Below, in pieces: positions 52,424 through 64,000 of a stretch of 64,000 nt of DNA. The position numbers and the translations under genes were made by a program. The notes below the pieces were generated by a model. That model made no database searches. It had not been told where the DNA came from and saw nothing but the letters and a program-made list of their open reading frames with translations. Source of the stretch: Trichodelitschia bisporula (Eukaryota). Where the stretch lies: the NCBI GenBank assembly GCA_010356995.1, contig ML996691.1, positions 1,060,174 to 1,124,173 on the forward strand, read 5' to 3'. Positions within the stretch are counted from its first letter, which is position 1, and each line of letters starts with the position of its first letter.

Positions 52424-53140
52424 CTACTTCCTCTCCCTCCACGCCCTCTCCTTGCGCCTTATCCTCGCCAACTCCGGCGTCCAAACGCCCGCAAAAAGAT
52501 CCTCACACTCATCCTCATCCTCGGAATTAAACTCGATAGGACTTTCACTCCCACTCCCACCACTTCCGTCGCTATCCTTCTGCTCCCCAGCAGCAGCAAC
52601 CGCCACATCCATCGGCTCCACCCCCTCCCAACACACCCCCCTCACCACCCTTTTCGTCTCGAGGATAAACTTCCCGACTTTATAACGCTGCGCCTCCTCC
52701 TCCGCCGCCACATATTTCCACCCTAGCCCCGTGCCGCAGACCGCGCAGGATATGTCCGCGACGGTGTGGCTACCCGTTACCAGCGAACGCTGCACCGGCG
52801 CGTGGGTTTTCGTATTCGGAATACTGGGCTGGTGGGAGGGCGAGGTGGCGAAGCGGCGTGTGCTGGTGGAGGTCGCGGAGGGTGTAAGCGGTGTCGCGGA
52901 GACGAGATACGCCCGCCCATGTCGCCCCGTAAAGCCCTTGCTGATGATTGAGGAGGTGGGGAGGAGGTGCGCGAGGCAGCGCGCGCAGCGCAGGACCGAC
53001 GTGTGTCCGGACAGCGAGTTGGTTTCTGTGGGGGGGGGGGGGGTGGTGTGGGTGGCGTTGGGGGATGGGGAGGGGGGGCTTCGGCGCCGGGAGGGAAGGG
53101 CGAGGAGGTAGGAGGGGAAGGGGGGCGGGGAGATGCGCAT
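52424..53140 (-). CDS. Yippee-like zinc-binding protein
   Basis: Motifs LRCARC, SKGFTGRHGRAYL, LVTGSHTVADISCAVC and LGWKYVAAEEEAQRYKVGKFILE. The start codon is uncertain. Confidence 0.9.
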   Translation of the reverse strand: MRISPPPFPSYLLALPSRRRSPPSPSPNATHTTPPPPTETNSLSGHTSVLRCARCLAHLLPTSSIISKGFTGRHGRAYLVSATPLTPSATSTSTRRFATSPSHQPSIPNTKTHAPVQRSLVTGSHTVADISCAVCGTGLGWKYVAAEEEAQRYKVGKFILETKRVVRGVCWEGVEPMDVAVAAAGEQKDSDGSGGSGSESPIEFNSEDEDECEDLFAGVWTPELARIRRKERAWRERK

Positions 53141-53728
53141 CGTGGTTGCGGTGTCGGTGTCGGTTTTGAGGTTGGTGCTCGTGTTGCTGTGGAGGTGGAG
53201 GTGGAGATGGGGCGAGCGGGGTTAGGGGACGCGTGCGGTAGGGCGGGTGGAATGGCGGGGGTGGGGCGGGGCGTATCGATAAGCCTTGCGCCGCTAGGAC
53301 GGGGGGCTTAAAGGAACGACGAAGGAGCAGCCTCTACCGTAGATATATAAGGAACGAGCTCTTCGTCCGCGATTTCTTTTGCGTTTTATGTGCGCACAAC
53401 GAAGCGGGTGGCATGAGAAGCAACTCCTGACGACGCAGGGTCACGCCCTTTATCCCCCGTCCCCCAGCCCACCGCTCGCGGCGCGGCATGGCGCGGGGTT
53501 CAAGGGGTCCAGGCATGCGGCGTGTCACGCGCGGCAGCACGAGGATGCGGGTGATTGGCGCGCGGATGGCTGTGGAAGGCCGTTTGTGTCGTGTGCCTGA
53601 TTCTACCGTGTCTACCGGTACCAAACGTGCCGTAACGAAGGACACCTAACCCAGCGGGTACGATTCGCTCTCCTAAATCGGTACTACATCTCGCTTCCCG
53701 AGTACACCTATCGGTGCTACATCGCGTT

Positions 53729-54320
53729 CTACGCAGCCGCCTCGTTCGGATCCATCTCATTCGAAATCCTATCTCCTATCAGCACCTACTCTGCAACAAA
53801 CTCTCCACCTCACTTACTCGACCAGATTTCCGTCCGGATCCCTTACATAAACACTGCGCAGCATTCCCCGGGCCCCAATCCGGTCCACGACGACCCCGCC
53901 CTCAAGTACCTCGATCCGTTCGCGCTTCAGCGCGACGAGCATCTCATCAACCGGCGTCTCCGTCAAGAAGCACTTCAACACGTAAATCAGCCCAGCCCGC
54001 CCCCACCAGCCCAACTTACCAAATCCGCGCTGCCGGGCGTGGCGCGCTCGGCGCGCGGTTCGAATTCCGCGCCCGCTCGATGGAGATTGATTTTCTGTCC
54101 GCCGAAGGTGAGGGCATGGCTGCGCCGTCAGCACTCACCATCTCACATCCATTTCATTCATGCGAAGGATGGCGTACCGCTGGACTCTCGGATCTTTGGG
54201 CGAGTGGAACGAGACGTGCGACATGCCGAGTGTCTGCGTGTACCACGCGATGGTGGTCCGGATGTCTGTGACGGTCAGGACGAGGTGATCTAACTGCGTG
54301 ACGGTGACTATGGGCGCCAT
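53729..54320 (-). CDS. Glyoxalase/VOC family protein (GLOD5-like)
   Basis: Introns 54177-54120, 54019-53973 and 53817-53769 give LDHLVLTV...HALTFGGQKINLH...PGSADLCFLT...SVYVRDPDGNLVEISN. Confidence 0.92.
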
Positions 54321-54684
54321 TTTTGCGGTGCGTGCATAAGGGGGGAAGCGGACTGGAGAGCAATGTATATCGGTACAGGCTCCGGCGCAGGCTCCGGCAC
54401 GGTTCGGCTCGTGCGGCCCGATCCCGCGCGGGGTCTGGCGGGGTTGGGGATCCGGGCCGGGGTAAGGCTGACATACATCGAGGTGAGGGCAACTCCTTGG
54501 ACGTCTGACATGCAGTAACAGCAATGCGACAATCTGACTTCCTGTAACCAAACACAGCTCGCCGGACGCATAACTAGCAATAACCGCCTTCAACCCGACA
54601 TCGCCGAACGCCCAAATAGCAATACCCGCCACACGGCAATCTACCCCCTCCTCCCCATAATAAAACAACCAGCAATGACCGCCT

Positions 54685-57600
54685 TCACACAGATTGCACC
54701 CCCTCATCCGTCCCCCAAAACCCCTGCACCCCGCGCCTCTCAAACGTCCCCTCCCCAGGCGCCCTCCGGTACGTATACCCCAAAAACGCGCCCTGTCGAC
54801 GAACCTCCAGCGCCGCCCTCGCCGTCTTCGGATCCCGCAATATCTTATCCCTCGCCCGCTTCCTCTCCTTCTTAACCCCTTTCTCCTTCTGCGCCAGCCA
54901 CCCATCCCCGAACCCACACTGCGCGGCCAAACGCCCAACCTCCCCAGCGCTGCTCGTCTTCCCCCCTAGAAAAGGCGGAGACCACGGTCGCGGCACACCA
55001 CCCCGGCCCCGCGGCTCCTCGCTAGCAGACCGTGGCTGTGACTCAACTTCCGCCTCCGCCTCCGCCGCGCGCTCGATCTCATCCCATTCATCTGACTCCT
55101 CGCTCCCCGCATCGCCGCCCACGCCGAGGATCTCCGCCTCGGGCTCGAACCACTGTGTGATAGGTTGGTCGGCAGCGAGGCGCGGGACCCACGGCGGGCG
55201 CTGCTGGTGCAGGGTGGCCCAGTTGAGGCCGCGGAAGAAGGGGTGCGCTTTAATATCTGCGCCGCTGTCGGGACAGACGAAGAACGGCGCTGATGGGCGG
55301 GGGGGCGGGGAGCCGCTGTTGCTGGTGGTGTGGAGGGAGGTGTGTGAGACTGCGTTCGCCAAGCGGCGCATCCTGGTTCCCGTCGGGCTGGAGCGGGGTG
55401 CGTCGTTGAGGCGGTAGGCGCGGTTGGAGAGGCGGTAGGGGCGGTCTTGGAGGAGGGAGCGGATTAGGTGGATTGCGCCGGTGGAGACGGGAGGGAGGGG
55501 GCGCGGGGGACCGTGGCTGGGTCGGTGGTAGCGGGGGGAAATGGGGAAGGTGAGGGTTGCGTCGTGGTGCTAGGCGGGTTAGGTGGCGGTGGTCTCGAGG
55601 GGGTTAGGGACGTACCAGGATCTTTGCCTTGGTCTCCTCGCGCTTGTCGCAGTAGAAGGGTGTGCTACCGTACAGGCACTGAAGGGTGAGTATGACGGCC
55701 TTGAAGGGGAGAATGGGTTGCGCACCTCATAGAGAATGATCCCCACGCTCCACCAGTCACACCGCCCGTCGTACATCTCTCCCCGAATCACTTCCGGCGC
55801 CATATACTGACTGGTACCGACCACACTCTTCGCCAACCGCCGTCGGCCCGTCGCATCCAACCGATCCAGCACCCCATCGCCCTCAGGCCGGGTCGACCTC
55901 CTCTCCAGCACCTCACCATGCTTCTTCGCCGCGTTTTCCCTCTCCGCCTCCCGCGCGCGATCCTCAGCATCCCCCAGGACCACGATGCCGAGGCGTTCGA
56001 GCAGGCCCTCGCGGGTGGCATTGAAGTATGCCTGGTGATGCGCCCAGTGACCATCAAACGCGAGGCCGAAGTCCGAGATGCGCAAGTGGCCCTCAGCACT
56101 GATCAAAAAGTTATCCGGCTTAACATCGCGGTGCAACCAGCGCAGCCGGTGCGCCTCCTCCACGCACATCACCATCTCGGCCACGTACCACCGGGCCATG
56201 GCCTCGGGGAGGACATCCTCGCGGAGCAGCAGACCCAGAAAATCCCCACCAACCTGATACTCCATCACCAGATACAAATGCCGCGCATCCTGAAACGCCG
56301 CCACCAGCGGAACGACCCACTTCGCCCCGGCGGCCTGCACGAGAAAGTCCCGCTCAGCCCGCAAATGCCCCTCCTGGCTCGCACGCAGCATCGCCGTCTT
56401 CCGAATCACCTTCATGGCAAACACCTCTCCCCCGCCTCGACCCTTCTTCTCCCGCACCAGCCGCACAACCCCAAAACTCCCCTTCCCCAGCACTCGCACC
56501 ATTTCATACCCGCCCACAGCGCGTGCCCGCCCCGCGCCCCTGAGCCGGCTCTTCAACGCCCGTGTCGCACGCAGGTGCGCGCTCTCCGCCGCCGCCCACC
56601 GCGCTAGCCCGGCCGCCCGTACCGGCCCACGCACGCCTGCGGCGCGCAGTGCAGTCTCGACCGAGGCCCGTCGCTGCGCGCGCAGCTCGGCGGCCGCGCG
56701 CTCCGGCTGCAGGAGCGTCGCGAATAGCGTCTCGAGCCCGATTTTTGCGGCAGCTGCGTACTCAACCGTTAAGATCGAAGCCCCGACCGGAAAGTCGTTG
56801 TCCCCACCCCCGACGTGCGGCGACCCTGCCTGCATTAGCACATCCATCCCGTCCACGCGGGGAAACGCACCTCCACTTCCCGGACTCTCCTGGCTTACGC
56901 TCAAGTCGCTGGTCGGCGGCGTGCTGCTCAACTCCGCACGTGGGCTGCTGCCCGGCTCGATCTCTTCACTATCTACCGCACTGCTCTCGCCCGTGGCTGG
57001 TAGGGCGTCGCGTACGTTGGGTCTCGCTGCGCGTGCTGGGCGGTAGACCACTGTCGCGGCGGCCAGGGGTGGGGAGCGCCAGCCCGGGCGGGTTGCGCGA
57101 GGGCGGGATGGTTCAGGAATGCGAAACGGGTCGGGAGGAGGTGAGGTTGGCGTCGAGTTGCTGAACATGCTACTCAACCGGCGGGTCAGGCCGTGGAAGC
57201 CTGGGCCCGGGGCCGAAGCCGATTTGCTGTGACGTAAGCTGCGCCTCGGGAGGAGAAGCGGGTGGAGCGTACTCGCCGTCCAGAGCGTGAAAGGCGCCAC
57301 GTGAGCTAGAGCGAGTTGGGCGGGCTGGCAGGCAGAGGATTGGGGAGCTCGGCCGAGAGGGCAGATAGGGGAGGGACGGCGTTGCGGAGAGACGCCTCTT
57401 CGGCGAGGGCGTGGGCGTGGGCGAGGGGGATGTGAGCAGCATGCTGTCGTCGCTTTTTGGGGAGGACGGGGAAGTGGATGTGTTGATCGGTAGTGGGGCA
57501 GGCGGGTGTGATGCTGGGACATTAGTGCTAATGACGAGGTGGGGAGGGTAGATTTACACCGCCGTAGTTTCAACGCGCCCAGCAGCTTGGAGCCACTGCG

Positions 57601-57852
57601 ACGGAGGCGGGCGAGGGATTTGTTTGGGCTTAACGGGGACCGGAGGAGTGGTGGGGTTGGGGAGCGCGGCGGGCCGGTGGGCCGTCGTGTGAGGAGGGGG
57701 GACATTGCATTGGGAGAATGGGTTGGTTGGCGGGATGAGTGGGAGAGGAGCGGGTTATATGGCTTGTGGGATGGTGTTGGGAGGTGCGGATCTGGTGGTG
57801 AGGTTGCGCTTGCTTTACCGGCGGCTTTGGTGGGAGGGAAAGCGGGATGCAT
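54685..57852 (-). CDS. AGC/NDR-family Ser/Thr kinase (Cbk1/Cot1-related, divergent)
   Basis: Motifs LGKGSFGVV, FAMKVIRK, HLRAERDFL, HRDVKPDN, DFG with the NDR-type insert, VGTSQYMAPE, DWWSVG and the hydrophobic motif FLGYTY. Introns 57557-57514, 57272-57227, 55725-55679 and 55615-55570. Confidence 0.92.
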
Positions 57853-58696
57853 GACGTGGACGGCCTTGCCCGCTGGCTAAGATGCTGGGAATTTGAGCTG
57901 GTTCTGGGTGCGAACTGCCTCGCTGCTAGAAAGGCGAAGGTTGTCCATCCTCAAAGCAATACTGTTGGCCCTACATCGCCGCTAGGTCCCACTGGCCTTG
58001 CGCACGGCTTGGGTACACCAAATATCGCCAGCTTACAGCCTGATATGAAGTCAGCTATGAGTCTTCAAGTAAACAAGCACAGTAAGTAGTCTTGCCACCC
58101 AACCGCTTCGATGACCCTTTCCCGGCGAGCCGATGCAGCTGATGCAAGCGGAGGAAAGACCGATCTGAGTGCTTTGGACCTGCGGCGCGCAGTGGACGGC
58201 GGGGGCAGTATGGCCTTAGGATTTTCGAAAGGCATGAGGTGAAGAGCTCGTGCTGTCTACGGTACCTAACGTGTGCGGGAAATGATTAGTTCTAGTAGGG
58301 AGACAGAACACGTACTACTGGTGATCTCGCAAGTTCTAAATACGGTATCAATGAAAAGTGAGGTGCTTGATGTAATAGTCATCTTGAAAATGGCCGCAGC
58401 TGGATGCTTTGGGAACGACAGACATTGGAAGAGAGAAAGCAGAATAGGAACAATTGGGACGGTCAGTTGGAAAAAGGTGGCACGATGGGAAGCTGGGAAG
58501 TAAAAGGACACGCACTCAACCCCCAGGAGGATGAGCTGTGGGTTAGGTTACCGCCATCGTCCCTACCATCCCAGCCCCGTTCGTATCTTCTTCCCTCAAA
58601 GCCGCATCATCCACTCTTGCCTTCTCAAAAGGCCACCCGTCCCTCGCTGCCTTGTTCTCATCCCTCCACACCCCTCCGCGCCCGCGTCTAGCACAT

Positions 58697-58758
58697 CCCC
58701 AGTCGGCACCAGACACCGAACCGCACTCCCCAGCCGGCACCAGACACCGAACAGCACG
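58697..58758. repeat. 31-bp tandem duplication
   Basis: CCCCAGYCGGCACCAGACACCGAACMGCAC occurs twice. Confidence 0.8.
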
Positions 58759-59371
58759 TCCAGAATGCCGCCGCAGCCAGGCGCTTCTGGAAACCGTGGA
58801 TATCGGGAGGCAGGAACTACGTCAGGCAGGAACTACGTCAACAACATTGGGACAGTGGGGTTGCAAAGGAGTGGCGTAATGAGAAGTTGGGCGACGAGAG
58901 TTTGAGCTGTGGGCTAGGGGACCAGTCAGGCCGTACCGTAAGAAGGTAACTTCCTTGAGCTCAGCGAAAAAAAGTCGTGTCGAGCATTCGTCGGTAGCCT
59001 CTAATAAAGGCTGGGAGGGAGGTGACATGACTTTTTTTGGGGAGTCCCTGTTCTGTCCCGGGGTTTGATCGTGCCTCTCCCACAAGGCTGAGCCAAGCCC
59101 CACCCCAGTCGCTCCTGCAGTAGTATGACATCATGCTCAAACCTTGCTGTGTGAAGCTTACCACATCACTTCAAAGCATCTCGCACCGTGCATCTCGCAC
59201 CGTGCATCTCGCATCTCGCATCTCACCACTGCAAAACACTCACCGCCATCTCTGCCATCTCTGCCAAATCCACAAACAAACAAACCACCCGTCTCAACCT
59301 CAACCACTCCCTCAATTACCAACCTCTTCACACCTTACCTCCTACCAGACAGACATATCTCCTCAACACCA

Positions 59372-59448
59372 CCTCCTCAACACCATCCACCTCCGCAACA
59401 CCATCCACCTCCTCAACACCATCCACCTCTGCAACACTATCCACCTCC
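59372..59448. repeat. 18-bp tandem repeat (CCTCCTCAACACCATCCA), 4 copies, directly before an ATG
   Basis: Units start at 59372, 59390, 59408 and 59426. Confidence 0.85.
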
Positions 59449-59454
59449 CAAAAA

Positions 59455-60081
59455 ATGTGTCTCTTCACAACAACCTCCTCCCGCCACACCCAACCCTTCA
59501 ACCGCCCCAACCCCCACGGCAGCAACTACTCCCCCCACCACCCCTCCGCCGTCGGCGCCACCCAACTCTCCCTCCCCGCCGAATCCTTCGACAAGCGGCG
59601 TCCCAGCAAAGGCCTCAAGCCGCACGGCGCCCACGAGGGTCATCCGGGCGGGCACCACCAGCACGGCGGGCTCCTCCTCGCGCCGCGCGAGCACGAGATT
59701 CTACACCGGAACGACGGGAAGGAGAGTAGGGTGCGGGACGACTATGACCGGAGGCATCATCATGACGGCGGCAGGAGTTCGAGGGATTTTAGGGACTCGA
59801 GGGACTTTAGGGATTCGAGAGATTTTAGGGATTCGAGGGAGTGGCGGGATAGTGGGGTTGAGTATGGGAGTGGGAGGGTGAGTCGCGAGGGCTTTGGTGG
59901 GTATGGGGAGCAGCCTGTGAGGAGGAGGAGTCTTGAGGGGAGGGGGGGCAGGAAGAGTCGCGAGAGTGTGGGTGTGCCGGACTGGGTGAGGGGCGGTGGG
60001 AGGGATCCGAGGGGGAGTGGGAGTGTGAGGGATGTGAGGGAGATTCGGGATGTGCGGGATATGCGCGAGGTGCGCTACTGA
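59455..60081 (+). CDS. Low-complexity Arg/Asp/Gly/His-rich hypothetical protein (208 aa)
   Basis: ATG in an AAAAATG context. (SRDFRD)3 and RDVREIRDVRDMRE repeats with synonymous codon variation between units. Confidence 0.6.
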   Translation: MCLFTTTSSRHTQPFNRPNPHGSNYSPHHPSAVGATQLSLPAESFDKRRPSKGLKPHGAHEGHPGGHHQHGGLLLAPREHEILHRNDGKESRVRDDYDRRHHHDGGRSSRDFRDSRDFRDSRDFRDSREWRDSGVEYGSGRVSREGFGGYGEQPVRRRSLEGRGGRKSRESVGVPDWVRGGGRDPRGSGSVRDVREIRDVRDMREVRY

Positions 60082-60404
60082 TATTCCCCGTGATCGGGGA
60101 GCGCCGGACACGTTTGGGCGAGTGAAGGCGGGAGATTCACGAACATAGGTTTGGGTACTTGCCAATGATGGGACGAAGTCATGATGGTTTTGGATATAAG
60201 ATTTGGTGTAGATGTTGGCGTATGGGATGCTTGTCGGGTTGGCTTCATAATGCAGCTGCTTGGGGATGCTGGAGTGAATCATCATGGTTTGGAAACAAGA
60301 TTCGGTTCTGGGTATGGATGTACGGAATACATATTGGCCTTGCTCTGTCGACATAGCAACCTCTTCCTCGTTACCCTGCCGAGCCTATCTCTCTCGTCCT
60401 TCTC

Positions 60405-60605
60405 TGATGGGAGCAAGGGGTCATTACGTGCGGAGGCAACTGTAAAACTGAAGAGTGAAGTGTAGACGAAGAGAGGAAGAGAGTCGGTGACTCAAGAATA
60501 TATGCACGATGTCCTCCGATGCTCCTTCCTTAGCTGCGAGCACTTTGCGTCACGTTTAGCCTGTTCCTTCCTGACATAACAATACTCCTGTACATGTCTA
60601 CATCA
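60405..60605 (-). mobile_element. Dispersed repeat copy 3 (solo-LTR-like, intact TGATG...CATCA ends)
   Basis: Plus strand begins TGATGG and ends CTACATCA. Homologous to 12457-12671 and 45686-45927. Confidence 0.75.
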
Positions 60606-60608
60606 TCA

Positions 60609-62332
<1,724 letters not shown>

Positions 62333-62890
62333 TCAGACAGAGAAGATGGTGAGCGTCGAAAGTTTCGGGGGCGAAGACGACGATTATATCCCCGAGTACC
62401 ATGGTAGCACGCGATATACGTAGTATACATGGCCTTGGGCCCAGCTGCACCCCCCCCCCCCCCCCCCNNNNNNNNNNNNNNNTTACTTTTAGCTAATTGA
62501 GACATGGCAGTGCTCAATTGCGTGGATGGCGACATGACCTCGGTTGTCATCTTCCAGGCATTGTCGCTGGGATTAAGATGGTATCACGGGTCTACCACAG
62601 TAGACAGCGCGCAACACGCGTCGCTAGGATGTTCTCAACTGCGGGGATCGTTGGCTTGTCGTGAGGGGGAAGGCTAGGCATCGCCGCCTAAGGCCACCCG
62701 CATAAGGTTACCCAACATTTCCTGCCTGTGGGGATGCAAATGGGAAGAATTGGGAAGGGATCTGCCTGCGTGCGAGCCAGTCGGCTTGCAACGGGAGTCG
62801 GACTGGAAACTGAGCCTGAGATGGAAGGTGGATGACGCGCATTGATAGAGGTGGAACGGTGGAAAAGTATGTAGTATGTACCGTAGTTCT

Positions 62891-63213
62891 AGTCAGAGCC
62901 GGGTAACCACCGTGAGAGCCGGGTAACCACCACGCCTCGGCCCGCGGTACGGAAACGAGCTGCAGCCCACTTCGCCCACCGACCAAGGGCCTCATTGATA
63001 AAATTATGTTCACTACCGCGGATAGACCTCTTCCAAAAGTCGGAGGGAGGCGAACGTGACTTTTAGGGTAGCCCTTGGAACCCCGACTGCAGCCATCGCC
63101 GCCGAGTCCAGTACCCCTCCATCGCCGTCAAGTGTCCAAGATAAATGGAAGGTGGTCAGATCCGGGTAACCGCCACCAGAGCCGGGTAACCACCACGCCA
63201 TGCGCGGGTAACC
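62891..63213. promoter_or_regulatory. Cluster of five (C/G)CGGGTAACC motifs
   Basis: Copies at 62899, 62919, 63162, 63182 and 63204. Confidence 0.5.
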
Positions 63214-64000
63214 TCGCAGCCGCAGCGAAGCGCCCTCCGCGCGGAACTCGCCGCAACAACACTCACCCACCGTTCGGTCTACACGCCGCCAAACGCACCC
63301 GAATCTGCCCTCAAAAACCCAACGCCGCTCCAGCCGCCGGCACGCCGCCGGACTACCCGTAGCCGCCGCGCGGAAAGACGCCGCCGCGGCTTCCTCGAGC
63401 CGCACCCTCCACCATCTCTTAGCCCTCGTCTCATCCGCCGCCTCATCCCACAATCTCACGATCAGCACCGACTAGCGCAGAAAAAAAATCACACATCACA
63501 TCCAAGACCGCACATCTCGCCCCCCCCCGGCCTCACTCGGTCCATGGTGCCGGTCCCGTCGTGGCATCATGGAGATAGTTCTACTCTCCTCCCCTGGTCT
63601 CTCCCTCAGAGAAAAACGCGCATACCATCCTCGCGAGCTGCACAATTCCACAGACGCGGTTATTCTCCGGCCGCGCAGAGATCAGAGGCCGGGGGGGGTG
63701 GAGATCAAGTGTGCTTGGAGTGTGCTCGGTGCGGTAGGTGGGCGGGGTTGATGTACGCGAGTCAGTGGACCGGGGGGNNNNNNNNNNNNNNNNNNNNNNN
63801 NNNNNNNNNNNNNNNNNNNNNNNNNNNNNNNNNNNNNNNNNNNNNNNGGGCGCATGTGGAAGCTCGATGGTGGGGGGTGTGATTGTGGTGATAGGGAATT
63901 GAGCGACGAAGAGGCGCGGGTGGGGGAAGTGTTGAAAGCGAAGTACCGCGAGTGGTGAAGCCGGACGTGAAGTCTCACGGCTCAGTCGCGTTCGTCGTCC

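Overview
This is eukaryotic DNA, not prokaryotic. It looks like a GC-rich filamentous ascomycete (Pezizomycotina, probably Dothideomycete-like) with very short spliceosomal introns. I reconstructed about 36 introns by hand, mostly 43-59 nt. About 18 protein-coding loci are supported: a Bfr1-like C-terminus, a stomatin/SPFH protein, a secreted and probably GPI-anchored Cys-rich protein, an FMO-like monooxygenase, a PCI-domain Thp1/Csn12-family protein with a long RGG-like N-terminal extension, a CAP20/MPL1 perilipin, a large Zn2Cys6 transcription factor, ISC1, SWD3/WDR5, a secreted Pro-rich protein, REV1, FPR4-type FKBP, a yippee protein, a VOC/glyoxalase, an NDR-type kinase, an RD-repeat protein, a Baeyer-Villiger monooxygenase (BVMO) and a small hypothetical protein. 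There is also one intron-containing tRNA-His(GTG). Several features are invisible in the ORF track. (1) A ~200-240 bp dispersed repeat has three copies (12.5, 45.7, 60.4 kb) with TGATG...CATCA-type ends, resembles a solo LTR, and sits downstream of gene 3' ends. (2) A Ty3/gypsy reverse-transcriptase relic lies next to a pseudogene fragment with RIP-type lesions at 37.6-38.0 kb. (3) The tRNA-His gene encodes both G-1 and the 3' CCA. (4) Five phased CCGGGTAACC-type motifs cluster at 62.9-63.2 kb. (5) A ~13-15 kb gene desert lies upstream of the transcription factor. (6) Genes show a strong C-rich to G-rich skew switch along their length. Assembly gaps are at 44213-44668, 62468-62482 and 63778-63847. 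I found no CRISPR array, rRNA or intact transposon. Family assignments come from motif recognition, not database searches.
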